From NCBI GenBank assembly GCA_964016885.1, contig OZ024743.1:1178001-1242000 (forward strand): DNA of 64,000 bases. Direction: 5' to 3'. The notes below the pieces were generated by a model. The model did no database searches. It was not told where the DNA came from and worked only from the letters and a program-made list of their open reading frames with translations. The position numbers and the translations under genes are program-made. The stretch comes from Eledone cirrhosa. Taxonomy: Eukaryota. Below are positions 31,330-44,550 of the stretch, in pieces; position 1 is the first letter of the stretch, and each line of letters starts with the position of its first letter.

Positions 31330-31706
31330 ATACCTTCCTGCCAGATTGTTGAACGTATATATTTACCTTATGCATATTAACGGCTGAGTAGCCCAATTTG
31401 CATATCGAGTCGGTTAATCGGCCGGGTGCACGGAAAACGATAAACGGAAAAAATGAAACGAAATTTCATTTCCCACTCTTAGTACGGCTGTTACTTAAAT
31501 ATAAGTATGTACACGTACATACATATATGTATACAGACGTACAGTAGTATGTATATATATATACATACATGCACCCATATATATATGTACGTATGGATTC
31601 ACAGAACATTTATTATAATGCTCGGTGTGTTTGTAAACAAACATCCCGTATTAAGCCGTAGTGTCCGGCAACCATCGTTGCTCGTTTGTTCAACACTGAC
31701 AAAGGA

Positions 31707-31749
31707 ACGCTGTACTAGTTTCAAGCTTATTAGCTATCGTCAGCAACGT
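31707..31749 (-). ncRNA. Type I hammerhead ribozyme (420-bp unit)
   Basis: Identical motif, offset by 420 bp. Confidence 0.85.
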
Positions 31750-32144
31750 ATACCTTCCTGCCAGATTGTTGAACGTATATACTTACCTTATGCATATTAA
31801 CGGCTGAGTAGCCCAATTTGCATATCGATTTGCTGGACACTACGGCTTAATACTGGATGTTTGTTTACAAACACACCGAGCATTATAATAAATGTTCGGT
31901 GAATCCATACGTACATATATATATGTGTGCATGTATGTATATATATATAAACATACTACTGTACGTCTGTATACATATATGTATGTACGTACTAAGAGTG
32001 GGAAATGAAATTTCGTTTCATTTTTTCCGTTTATCGTTTTCGGTGCACCCGGCCGATTAACCGACTCGATATGCAAATTGGGCTACTCAGCCGTTAATAT
32101 GCATAAGGTAAGTATATACGTTCAACAATCTGGCAGGAAGATAT

Positions 32145-32187
32145 ACGTTGCTGACGATAGCTAATAAGCTTGAAACTAGTACAGCGT
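32145..32187 (+). ncRNA. Type I hammerhead ribozyme (inverted unit)
   Basis: Same motif on the plus strand. Confidence 0.85.
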
Positions 32188-32469
32188 TCCTTTGTCAGTG
32201 TTGAACAAACGAGCAACGATGGTTGCTGGACACTACGGCTTAATACGGGATGTTTGTTTACAAACACACCGAGCATTATAATAAATGTTCGGTGAATCCA
32301 TACGTACATATATATATATGTGCATGTATGTTTATTTATATACATACTACTGTACGTCTGTATACATATATGTATGTACGTGTACATACTTATATTTAAG
32401 TAACAGCCGTACTAAGAGTGGGAAATGAAATTTCGTTTCATTTTTTCCGTTTATATGTATATATATATA

Positions 32470-32546
<77 letters not shown>

Positions 32547-32859
32547 GTTCAAGGAAATGAAAAGAACGGAGATGTAAAAAGTCTTCTTGTTATCAGGCTT
32601 TATACAGAAAAGGGGAAAGAAAGTTCAATGTGTCGTCCTTTAGCCCTTCTTCGGGAGTACAAAGATAGAGACAGGATTACAAAAGATACAGAAAATAAAA
32701 GGTAGTCCAAGTAAAATAAAATAAAAACGAAAATAAAGAGAGTAAAAAAAAACCGTTAGGTAGTCTTGATATATATATATATGTGTGTGTGTGTTTCATG
32801 CTGCTTTCTTTTGCCTTTCAACTGAGCAGTTAATAGTTTACATTTCCTAAATTCTTCAA

Positions 32860-33900
32860 CGGGTAAAGAGGGGTTAATCCTGCTTTATGAAAAATACCTT
32901 TTTGGAGTAGATCGTAGGCATCCCAATATAATTTTGCCAATTTGGGTACGAAATCTATCGATAGCTTGATGATAGCTAGAGCTTTTATCCCGCCCCACAA
33001 ACCCAGCTGTCATACACAACTTGAGTTGATGACTCCCTTATTATATGATTTCAATTGTTAAGCAGTGGAGTTTCTTTGAAAGAACTTTAATTACATGCCA
33101 TGTTGATGCCATTCTTTTCGATGAGTGCTTCAAATAAGTTTCCCATTTCAACTCAGATTGTAACCAAATGAAGGATCTATAAGGATTGTTGCGGTATCAG
33201 TAGTTGATTGACTAAGTATATATCATCACATTGATAATTGTATTACGATTAGAGAGGCAGCTTTCAAACCAGTTTCAATGATAGTTAGGAATTTCAAATT
33301 GATGTAATTTTTAAACTAGTGTATCATATACTACATTATCATAAGCTCATTTTATGGCTGCTGAGATCAAACTCGTTGATTTGTTTTTTCAAGTGTTTTC
33401 AGTTTCTGATGAATGTTGTTATTTCATGAACACGATATTCGGCGTTTCTATTCACTCGAAAGCCGAACTGAGATTTGAGGAAAATGTTAATTGACTCTCC
33501 TACGTATGATAATCTGTTGCCAATACTTGTTTATAACATTTTAGATAGATTACTTAGCAGAGCTATTGGATGATATGATATGTGTTTAGTCGATAAATGT
33601 TTGCAGACTGGTTTTTAGTTCTTCAGCTGATTGGATATTGTCAAATGTGTTGTGGGGTGATAGTTCTTCTGAATAATTAGTAAAGTTAGTCCAGCTATCC
33701 AGCTAGTCTTGTGAAATTGATATTTTCTTACTTAAGGTTTTTGTTTGGTGAGATTGTCAAAAGTTAGTGTTTTAGTTGGTTAAAGGAACTGCAATATTAA
33801 AAATGCTGGTGGTATTATCCGAACCTTGATCCATTTTATGGTCTAAGTTCCAGTTTTCTATGAAAGTAAAGTCTGAGAGAGAAGACCACAAATGATATAT
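32860..33900 (-). pseudogene. Highly decayed LINE RT remnant (CR1/Jockey/I-like)
   Basis: Minus-strand fragments YHPIALLSNLSKML (~33535-33577) and DLSS..AYDNV (~33330-33367). Confidence 0.45.
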
Positions 33901-33973
33901 AGTTGAGATTCTGTGATTAGGATGTCTGTAGATAGAGGTGTCTGGTACTATATGTAAAATTATATATACACAT

Positions 33974-34083
<110 letters not shown>

Positions 34084-34875
34084 AGATCAAAAGATGGTTA
34101 AAGGAGTTCCATGTATTTTATTATGCGCATTTCAAAAACAAACATCATCATGCAATAATATTTGTGTTTTCAGCAGATAAAACAGGAGGACATGATATGA
34201 AGGCTAAAAAACACTTGTGGATAGTGCAGTTTTAAATCAACATATGAAAAGTAGTTTTAGATTGATGTGTGATATTGGGAAAAATATTTTATTTAGAGAG
34301 GGGTGGGTGGAAAGGATGAAAAAAGGGGAGGAGATGAGAGTGAAGGTGGAGAGGGAGAGATGGGTGATAGAGAGAAAGAGATAGTTTTTATAACCGAGAG
34401 AAGATATATTGTTTTCCATAGAGAGGTTGAAAACCGTTGGAAGATAATGTATAAATTAAAGGAATTTGAAAATTAACGAAGGGAAAAATATGTACGAGGA
34501 AAAATATTTTATTTAGAGAGGGGGGGTGGAAAGGATGAAAAAAGGGGAGGAGATGAGAGTGAAGGGGGAGAGGGAGAGATGGGTGATAGAGAGAAAGAGA
34601 TAGTTTTTATAACTGAGAAAAGATATATTGTTTTACATAGAGAGGTTGAAAACCGTTGGAAGATAATGTATAAATTAAAAGAATTTGAAAATTAACGAAG
34701 GGAAAAATATGTACGAGGAAAGAGAGGGAGTTAATATGTATTGAGATTAAAAAGTTTGATGATAGAGAGAAAAAATAATAATTGCGGATGAATATTCTAA
34801 CGTCAAAAAAAAAAAAAAAAAAAAAAAAGGGTGTATGTTTATAAGTATTATGGCAATTTCAAAATTAACGAAGAG

Positions 34876-35215
34876 AAAAAAAAATTATTAAGGTTTGTGT
34901 ATTGAAGGATTTGAGAAAAATAATGTGAAGTTAAGGTTTGTATATTGAAGGAATTGATAATATGTGCGAAGAAAAGAGTTAATATGTATTAAAAAAAATT
35001 ATTAAGGTTTGTGTATTGAAGGATTTGAGAAAAATAATGTGAAGTTAAGGTTTGTATATTGAAGGAATTGATAATATGTGCGAAGAAAGAGTTAATATGT
35101 ATTAAAAAATTATTAAGGTTTGTGTATTGAAGGATTTGAGAAAAATAATGTGAAGTTAAGGTTTGTATATTGAAGGAATTGATAATATGTGCGAAGAAAG
35201 AGTTAATATGTATTA
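34876..35215. repeat. ~112-bp tandem repeat x3 in the Penelope 3' UTR (plus a ~220-bp x2 repeat at ~34278-34720)
   Basis: Repeated AAATTATTAAGGTTTGTGTATTGAAGGATTTGAG... units. Confidence 0.9.
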
Positions 35216-35460
35216 AGAATGAGTTAGATGATGGGGAGAAAAAAATAATAAATTAAGGATGAATAATCTATCGTCAAAAAAACAAATGTATATGTTATGA
35301 AGGATTTTACAAGGTGAAGATAGAATGAGGGTAATGAGTAAACAAGTATTATAGAGTGTATAATACCCTTTGAAGTAAGGTAGGAAGATGGGTATATTTT
35401 AAAGAGGTGTATGTATATGTGCCTTTGAGAAAAGATTCTAAATTGATAAAGAATTGAATA

Positions 35461-37212
35461 TTAGCTGTATACTTTGTGAAAAGTCCTATGGAATTTATGC
35501 AAGCAGATAGAAAACAAATCTGTACGTCTATTTATTATAGAATCTAGATTAGAGATAATGGTAAATTTTTCATTTAGGCAGAGATTACAGATTTTAGATA
35601 GAGAGCTGTTCAATGAGGACGCAGAAGAAACCTTCTTCCAAAAGATGGTATATTTAATGTTTTTGTCTTTCAAGGACCATATGAGTTCTGAGAGAGCCGT
35701 GTTGGTTCTTTTAAGTTTGTATTTAAAAGATGAATGATGATTATAGAGACGAGCTTTAAAAGAGGTGGAAGTGGAGCCAAAATAGGTGAAGGAATTGGTG
35801 CTAGTTATAACTTTACATTCATAAATTAAGTTTTTATCAAGACAATGGTTGTTGAGAGGACATTTATTTTTAATGCGGCAGTTGCAATTAGAGAGATTAT
35901 TAATGAGTGACCTAGTGTTATCTATAGAAGGAATTGGATTGGAGAAGTTGTTTGCGATAGGAATAATAGGAATAATAGTTTCTTGATTTAGAGTTGGATT
36001 ATGAACATTTAGCGAAGTTGTGTTTGACGTTGTATTTGGGTTTACAGAAGTTAGCCTAGGGTTTATAATGACGTCGGGAGTACTATTACTGTTATTATGA
36101 AATTCAATGTTGGAAGGAAGAGATTTAGTATTTAGTATTTTATTGTTGTGTTTAGAGATAATGTTGGAAATATTGGAGGATGTAGAATAAGAAAATGTTA
36201 TGGTGTGTTTGTTAAATATTTTACTATAGATATGTGAGGGAGGGAAGCATTTATTTAAGGCACTAAAAAATAATTTAGGAATATTGTTATTAATAGAGAT
36301 GGAGAAAGGAGCATTATACCAGATTATGTTTTTGTATCTAGGTCTTTTATTAAAGTTATTGGAATGATCATGATTAATTATTCTACTGTAAGTTTTTCTA
36401 GAATTTGTTTCTTTGCTATATTTGATTTTATCAGGATAGCCGGCTTTAGAAAGTGCGTTATTATAGTAATTGGTGTTAGCATCAAAGATGTTTTTATTAG
36501 AAGATATGTTAGATATTCTTTTTCCAATATTACTAACTATAGCATTCTTGATATTGGTAGGATGGTTAGATTTAAAGTTAACATAATTTAGGTTCTCATT
36601 GTTTTTATGGTAAGGGTAATATAGGCCAGTGTCAAGATTAAGAGATACATCTAAGAAATTAGCTAGTTTGATACTATTATCAAATTCAATTTTTAGGTTA
36701 TGTTGGTTAAAGAGATTACGTATATTGTTCTTAATAATATTAAGGTTAACTATATTGCAATTTAAGATAGTAAAGAGTCCATCGTCACGATAAATTCCAC
36801 CGCGAAGTTGAGGAATTTTCCGACGCAAAGTGTTCAAAATAAAGATACCAATTAAATCAGTCAATTGGGATTAATCGGATGCTCCCATTGTGATGTCGAA
36901 GTTGTTAGAGGTATCGGCTCTGGTCCAATATTCGTTGTTGAACTCTAGGATGGTTTTACGTGCGGTGAGGATGATGTGAAGTTCATCTGTGGTGATGTCA
37001 GAATATTTAAGTGCGAAAGATAGAGCATTATTGAGAAGTGAAGGCGAAATGGAGGAATAGTAGCTGGCAATATCAAATTGAATAAATTTTAGTTTGTTTT
37101 TATTATCCAATTTGTTGAACCAGCCAATCACTTCAGAAGTACCAAACCATAAATTTAGGTTCAAAGAAGAGCAATTAGAACTAACCTGTGGGATAATTCT
37201 ATCCAAGATGGT
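35461..37212 (-). pseudogene. Penelope-like RT + GIY-YIG endonuclease ORF, 5' truncated, one in-frame TAA
   Basis: FDIASYY, TMGASD*SQLTDLIG, YRDD, FLDVSL, SNHP, the CNC..CPL..C linker, LIY..YFG..R..NH and a CNLC..EK terminus. ORFs 36871-37206 and 35461-36864 are in the same frame. Confidence 0.93.
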
Positions 37213-37711
37213 TCTTTTAATTTATACATTATCTTCCAACGGTTTTCAACCTCTCTATGTAAAACAATATATCTTTTCTCAGTTATAAAAACTATCTCTT
37301 TCTCTCTATCACCCATCTCTCCCTCTCCACCTTCACTCTCATCTCCTCCCCTTTTTTCATCCTTTCCACCCCCCTCTCTAAATAAAATATTTTTCCTCGT
37401 ACATATTTTTCCCTCCGTTAATTTTCAAGTTCCTTTAATTTATACATTATCTTCCAACGGTTTTCAACCTCTCTATGTAAAACAATATATCTTCTCTCAG
37501 TTATAAAAACTATCTCTTTCTCTCTATCACCCATCTCTCCCTCTCCACCTTCACTCTCATCTCCTCCCCCTTTTTTCATCCTTTCCACCCCCCCCTCTCT
37601 AAATAAAATATTTTTCCCAATATCACACATCAATCTAAAACTACTTTTCATATGTTGATTTAAAACTGCACTATCCACAAGTGTTTTTTAGCCTTCATAT
37701 CATGTCCTCCT

Positions 37712-37780
37712 GTTTTATCTGATGAAAACACAAATATTATTGCATGATGATGTTTGTTTGTGAAATGCGCATAATAAAAT
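37712..37780 (+). ncRNA. Type I hammerhead in the inverted Penelope terminal repeat
   Basis: GTTTTAT-CTGATGA-[long stem II]-GAAA-TGCGCA-TA|ATAAAAT. The sense copy at 34115-34183 (-) has CTGCTGA. Confidence 0.85.
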
Positions 37781-37904
37781 ACATGGAACTCCTTTAACCA
37801 TCTTTTGATCTTATATATTATGTATACTCCAGTCCTAAAAACTGTAGAGTGCTTCTTATCCGATATCTGCATTGCTTTATTGTACTACAATAAAACTCAC
37901 CTCC

Positions 37905-37939
<35 letters not shown>

Positions 37940-38013
37940 CCCACTCTACTACCCTAAGTATTGAGTACTTTGGTGCGTTATGGTCCATCTGGTTTCTTAC
38001 CACATTTCCTTCG

Positions 38014-38064
<51 letters not shown>

Positions 38065-38545
38065 AAAAAGTATGACCTCGACGGCAGAGCTCAAGCCGTT
38101 TCGGTGGCTATTTCTGGACTAAATTAGAATTTTTAGCCTGGTGAATAAATACCCGAACTTTTCAATGGGGTACTTCCTTATATGAGAAGATTGTAGTTGT
38201 CAAGAGGATTGGTTAAAATTTGTTGTAAACACAAATAAGTCTATCATGGCATTTGGTAGGAGGTAGGGGTGGCTGAACTTGTCTGTAGAACAATAGGGGA
38301 GTGAGTGGAGCGGTCAAGCGTTGAAAGTGATATGTATACATCAGATTCTAAGGATAGTGTATGAAGTGGGGGAGCGAGGTTATAGAATAAGTAAATCGAA
38401 AGAGTGTAGGAGGCAATAAAAGATACTAGAAAGAAATTTTTAAAAAATATATATCTATATGCAAAAGTTTTATTTAAAATTGTTGGGTTACAACAAGTAA
38501 ATATTTTATAACCGATATAAAGCACTCGGCAAGTTTTTAGAGTAG

Positions 38546-38909
38546 ATATACGATATTAAACAAATGGAAACTATATTTATAAAACCATATTTATTTCATT
38601 ATACATATTTCAGGGATACCATATTAAAAATATGGCATGCCTTCGTCAGATAAAATACAATATATAAACAGTTTTATAAATAATTTTGACGTACCATAAA
38701 TATAAGCGACCATTAAGGTAGGAAGCCAGCTTCCTACCTTAATGGTCGCTTATATTTATGGTACGTCAAAATTATTTATAAAACTGTTTATATATTGTAT
38801 TTTATCTGACGAAGGCATGCCATATTTTTAATATGGTATCCCTGAAATATGTATAATGAAATAAATATGGTTTTATAAATATAGTTTCCATTTGTTTAAT
38901 ATCGTATAT
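38546..38909. repeat. Palindrome with 181-bp arms and a 2-nt spacer
   Basis: Centre GGAAGC-CA-GCTTCC at 38721-38734. The arms look perfectly complementary by eye and each has CTGACGA...GAAA. Confidence 0.93.
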
Positions 38910-38965
38910 ATATATATATAGTGACGAAATATAAGTCAATTGCATGAACTCATAATCCTTTATTT

Positions 38966-39021
38966 ACTGCTATATATATTTCGATGATAGCCATTGAATT
39001 GCTATGAACTCATCAGGCAGT
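38966..39021 (-). ncRNA. Type I hammerhead ribozyme
   Basis: ACTGC-CTGATGA-g ttc ATAGC..GCTAT cat c-GAAA-TATATA-TA|GCAGT. Confidence 0.75.
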
Positions 39022-40049
39022 TAGTCAGTTCTTAGATATGCCAGCTCTGTGTTTATAGTGTTGATGGTATCAGAGCCTTGGGATATATATATATATATAT
39101 ATAAAATTAGATAGTGAGAAATGAATAAAGAAATCGCAATGCTATCTTACAATTACAGGTTAATAAGTTGAGAATAGAAAAAACTTATAGAAATTACAAA
39201 ACAGATACAAACTTAAAGGGGTTTTTAACACATCTGCTATAAGTAGTTAGTAAAACGTCCTTCGAAGGATCAACTCCTAAACAAGAAAGATGAACTGATA
39301 ACAGCATGCAAACACAGTTTGCGTAAGACTTACCTCGCCCTCAAACCCTATAACGACCCGGTTGGGTAGACAAGGGCTGATATCCCCCCCCCCCCACACA
39401 CACACACACACTTGCCGAATAAGTTAGGGGAAACCCCAGCTTACATAGGTAAATGTATCTCTTTTCTTTTCCTCTTTGTCTCCTTCTTCCCCCTGTCTCA
39501 TCCTATCACTTCCTTCCACCCCCTATTTTTTTCTTCGTCTGCTGTCCCCTTTCGCCTACCCCGATATGCAGCCCATCGGGCCTTGTAGCATCAGTTCCTC
39601 CACCCCTGTTATTTTAAGATAGAATTGGCCGAATACGTTTTACTAACTACTTATAGCAGATGTGTTAAAAACAGTTTGTATTTGTTTTGTAATTTCTTTA
39701 AGATTTTTCTATTCTCAACTTATTAACCTGTAATTGTAAGATAGCCTTGTGATTTCTTTATTCATTTCTCACTATCTAATTTTATATATATATATATATA
39801 TATTTTATTTATTTATTTCTAGTATCTTTTATTGCCTCCTACTCTCTTTCGATTTACCTATTCTATAACCTCCCTCCCCCGTATACATATCACTTTCAAC
39901 GCTTGACCGCTCCACTCACTCCCCTATTGTTCTACAGGCAAGTTCAGCCACCCCTACTTTCCACCAAATGCCATGATAGACTTATTTGTGTTTACAACAA
40001 ATTTTAACCAATCCTCTTGACAACTACAATCTTCCCATATAAGGAAGTA

Positions 40050-40145
40050 CCCCCTTGAAAAGTTCGGCTATTTATTCACCAGGCTAAAAATTCTAATTTA
40101 GTCCAGAAATAGTCGTCGAAACGGCTTGAGCTCTGCCGTCGGCGT
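40050..40145 (+). ncRNA. Type I hammerhead-like motif, U3:A8 core, long stem II (family B)
   Basis: CCCC-TTGAAAA-g tt CGGCTATTT...AAATAGTCG t c-GAAAC-GGC..GCC-GTC|GGCG. The 3' arm is GGGG in sister copies. Confidence 0.6.
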
Positions 40146-40980
40146 CATACTTTTTCCTATTTCCCACTCTACTACCCTAAGTATTGAGTACTCTGGTGCG
40201 TTATGGTCCATTTGGTTGCTTACCACAATTCCTTTGTTATATATATATATATATATTTGTGATATTTTGTGATATTTTGCATTCTCGCAATATTATACAC
40301 AACTGAATTCATTCGCCTAATATAAGTGTTGCCTCCCTTGCTGAACTTCACGTGGGGTCAGTAATAGTCACACTTATGTATAGCATTAGAGCAAAAACCC
40401 GTTGATAAAACGGCTTCCTTGTTCAGACATCTTACCAGAAGCCTAACATTCTTTATGTAAGCGGACAGTATTTGATTTATGGAGTCGCAGAAACCCAAAT
40501 ACTGGATTTTACCATCAGTCCAGTGGGTCCGGGTAAATTTTCAATCACATATATTTTCATTGTTTGACCCGAATTACTTGGTCGTTTTTTTTGGCTGTAC
40601 CATTTGTTTAACCACCATCTCAGTGTGTTTGGCCCTTAACGTATGTTGTAGCTCTGACTCATATGAATCATCGAGCGCTTGCCACACATCTCGGAGGTTG
40701 ATTTTTGTTAATTCCTGATCTGAAATACGATTCTCGGTAATTTATATTTATATATATATATGTATGAGGTTATAATGTAATACTTCACTATTTTCATTGG
40801 TAAGATGAGATAAGCTCAATGCACTTTACTGCCCTCTGTTCTTCAGGAGCGAAAAGAGAACTGGATGAATAAGGGGCAGTTCCGATAGCAGAACATTTAC
40901 AATTCAAATTTTAAGATATTAAGCTGGTTATTTCATACGAATGAAACCGTTCTAGTCCCGTAGAAATCATTTTCATATAA

Positions 40981-41039
<59 letters not shown>

Positions 41040-41042
<3 letters not shown>

Positions 41043-41231
41043 CGAAGGAAATGTGGTAAGGAACCAGGTGGACCATAACGCACCAAAGTACTCAATACTT
41101 AGGTTAGTAGAGTGGGTAATAGGAACGAGTAGGACCCCGACGGCTGAGTTCAAGACGTTTCGACGGCTAATTCTGAGTCCAGAATTAGCCGTCGAAACGG
41201 CTTGAGCTCAGCCGTCGGAGTCCTACTCGTA

Positions 41232-41235
<4 letters not shown>
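41040..41235. repeat. Family B fold-back fragment in (TA)n
   Basis: Inverted arms centred at ~41177; matches the reverse complement of 3380-3520. Confidence 0.8.
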
Positions 41236-41300
<65 letters not shown>

Positions 41301-41699
41301 ACATTACCTGTGAGTATATCATAAATGTTTATTGTCTGCAGTCGTTAACCATGCGAAAGATATTAGCTCCTGTTGTTTTCCCTATAATTACATAGTGAAA
41401 CGTGTTGATGAATATGACATGTAACCATTGGTATAGAGATATTTCTAAACCTTCCAACGTCACAAACATCTTGTAGCATTCCACTGAAAATGATGTACTG
41501 ACAAACTTATAGTTTACATTTTATTTCTTCACAGATATTTTGAATTCTACATTCCACACCCATGGCGCATTAATGTTCATTCGAACACTATATCAATTAT
41601 TTGCCTTGTTATCGTAAAATCAGTAGATTTCTTAGAATAAGACGTATAAGAGTTAAATCTGTAAATAGCTAATGCTACATAGCCGAGGAGATATGCAAC

Positions 41700-42710
41700 G
41701 TCAAGTTTGACGACATAGGGTGGCAACAAGCCACTTTACCTGACAGGTATGGCGGCCTTGGCCAACGGTCCCCGATCTCATTAGCTTTGCCGGCGTATCT
41801 TTCGTCGGTAACCTCGTGCCGCGTCCTCGTCAGCAGGGTTCTTCAAAACACAACAGAACCCTCTGTGTTCAGAGAGCGAGAGGCCGCCTGTGAATACGTG
41901 GGACCGGCTGGGACTTAGCCCAGTAGACGTCCCTCCTCCTTCTCCCCCTGTTGACGTCAAGTCCCCCAACGCACTTTGGATGCCATCCAGTCCAGCCTGG
42001 CCTCAGACAAGCTCACGCGCCAGCTCGACCACCACCGCCTTGTTTTCGTGCGGCCTCCAAGCCCCACAGTGGTGCCTGGCTCCATGCCCTACCCGCCTTC
42101 TCCACTGGCAGGCAGCTAGTCAACCATAGCCTGCGCATCGGCGTTTCCCTGAGGCTCGGCCTCCGGATCTACCAGCCACACCAATGTCGCTGCGGTTCTA
42201 CCGTGGACTCTTTCGGCTTCCACCCGCTTTCCTGTCGCCACAGTGCCGGCCGCATTCCACGCCATGCTGCCCTCAATGAGGTCATTAAGTATGGCTTGGA
42301 CGCGGCAGGCTTCCCTTCCCAGCTCGAGCCGGCGGGGCTGGATCGAGGGGACGGCAAAAGACCAGATGGCATGACTATCTTCCCGTTCCTCGGTGGCAAA
42401 CCCTCGTCTGGGATGCCACTTGCAACGACACTTTCTGCAGCCGCAACATGGTCCAGTCTGCGACTAACTCAGGTTCTGCTGCACGTCGGGCTGGGGAGGC
42501 CAAACTCCTCAAATACCGGTCGCTCTCCGACAGGTTTGCGGTCGTACCCCTGGCAGTGGAGACTTCTGGTGTCCTCAGCCCCAGGCCTACCTCCTTACAC
42601 ACCACCATAGACGCAGGTGTGAGCCCCGCGAGTTGGAGTGGCTTTTCAAGCGCGTCTCCCTTGCCGTCATCCGGGGAAACGCCTTCTCCATTCTGTCCGC
42701 CGGGGTAGTG
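41700..42710 (+). mobile_element. 5'-truncated CRE-like LINE with a restriction-like endonuclease, frameshifted
   Basis: [48 protein letters not shown] and PLAVET motifs in a GC-rich island. Confidence 0.8.
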
Positions 42711-42939
42711 GGTGGGCCCCATCGCGTATCATTTTTGTAAATATGACAACAGTTTATTATTTTATATTATACATATACTTGACTAAGTATCTCACTTATT
42801 TCGAGGATATTTCGCAGGCTGCTCTGCCTCGGTATAAAAGCATTTTCTTACTGTGTAACATACGAAATATAAAATTTAACTATTAATCACCTGTATCTGA
42901 ACAAGTTATAATGTAACTGTTAATAATTTTTTCTACTTT

Positions 42940-43157
42940 AGACACAAGACCAGTGATTTGAAAGGGAGGCGGAAAGTCGATTAAATCGCACCCAGTGCAT
43001 TATTGGTGCTTTATTTTATCGACCCCTTACGGTGATCCGTAAGGATGAAAGACGAAGCTAAACTTGGTGGGATTTGAAATCAGAAAGTAAACAGCCGTAT
43101 CTCTATACTGCAAAGCAGAGTGTCCGGCGCTCTGCCGATGCTGCCAATCCACCGCCC
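42940..43157 (-). mobile_element. tRNA-derived SINE
   Basis: Reverse-complement match to the head and core at 30108-30300. Confidence 0.7.
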
Positions 43158-44473
43158 TAATGTAAATGTTAATAATATAATATAAAACATATATGTCCTG
43201 AAACAGAACAAAACTTATGCATGACTCCATGGTTAAGAAGTTAGTAACAATGAAATTATTGGCCCATTGCTCCTACGTGTCGCTCTATGCACCTGTGTTT
43301 AATGACATCGAGTTAACCTTAGTCGGATTTAATAGACAAAGAGTATGTATTAAATTGTATGATGTGTGTGTGAATCTGTCTAGCAGATTATGCATAGCAT
43401 AGCCGAATGTTTAAGAGGCTCGCTTCACAATCATTATGTCTCGGTTTTGATCTCTGTGTGTGACATCTTGAGCAAGTGTCATTCTCTATATCATTCCGTC
43501 GACCCATGCCTTGTGAATGAAAATGAGTAGACGGAAACTGTTTGGAAGTCCATCGAATGGGTTGTATTTGTAATTCAAATAATCAGCCTTGTCACAGAGT
43601 GTAGTACAAGGAATCTCTCTATGGATTAGGTTAAGGGTACCACATGTCTGTGGAATGTTAATTTCCCGAGTAGGCATTCTACTTCACCGGCCTATTGGGA
43701 CACTCATCATTGAAACAAACGAAATTCTATTTCTCCTTCTTTCATTCCATATCTAGATCTAGAAGGTAGCCAAAGGTGGATGTATGTAGGGAAGATTTTG
43801 TGTTATATGTTGACAGGAGAGAGAATAATAATGTATGCCTGTGTCGTATATGTACACAGGTATCTTGTGACGCCATGTACGTATGTGTGGGTAAATGTGC
43901 AAATGTTTGTGTTGGTGTGTGCGCATAGGAGTGTATGTGGGTTGTATGTCTACTTGTGTATTTGTATGTATGTATGTGCTTGTGTGTGCCGATTTGGTGC
44001 GTGTATTCAGAAAAATAAGAAATTTGATGTAGAAAAAAAAACAGAACATATCAAGCATCTATGACACCTACGTTAACAAGTTGGTCACTGTCGAGAAAAA
44101 AAAGGAAGTGTTCAAGATGGCAACGTAAGTGGCGAGGGAAGCCTAGGGAGAGAATAGCAGACCGGAAAGGTGAAGTGGTGTATATGAGTGCAGGTGTGTG
44201 AGGTGGAGGAGCGGATGGTTGATATAGGCAACAGTATATATTTACATGTTTTTAAAGTGGTGTGTGGATGTGTTGATATTAGTAAAAGGTGAATGTGTAC
44301 GTGTATTTTGTCTGAATAATGCAGGCGAGTGGGTATGGGTGGCGGTTGTATGTAAATTAGGTATCTGTTTGTGCACGCATGTGTTTGGGTGTGTATATAT
44401 GAGTAAGGTTTGTAGATGGGCGTGTGCAGCAATGTTGGTGTCCATATTACGTTTCTGTATGAGTGTGTATGTG

Positions 44474-44550
<77 letters not shown>

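Larger units (their letters stand above)
31077..32452. repeat. 420-bp tandem plus inverted repeat with one hammerhead per full unit (retrozyme-like)
   Basis: 31081 and 31501 begin near-identical units (period 420). The array flips at ~31829 and continues inverted to 32452. Confidence 0.93.
38062..40240. repeat. Nested inverted repeats (family B arms enclosing further fold-backs)
   Basis: ~38062-38435 pairs with ~39815-40160, and ~39085-39257 pairs with ~39636-39800. An internal palindrome lies at 38546-38909. Confidence 0.85.

Noticed and set aside
36871-36873. In-frame stop in the Penelope-like ORF as selenocysteine recoding
   Set aside because: The codon is TAA, not TGA, so it is most simply a nonsense mutation.
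38791-38856. Intact hammerhead in the 364-bp palindrome
   Set aside because: CTGACGA, stem II and GAAA are present, but stem I does not pair in register, so it is not listed as a ribozyme feature.
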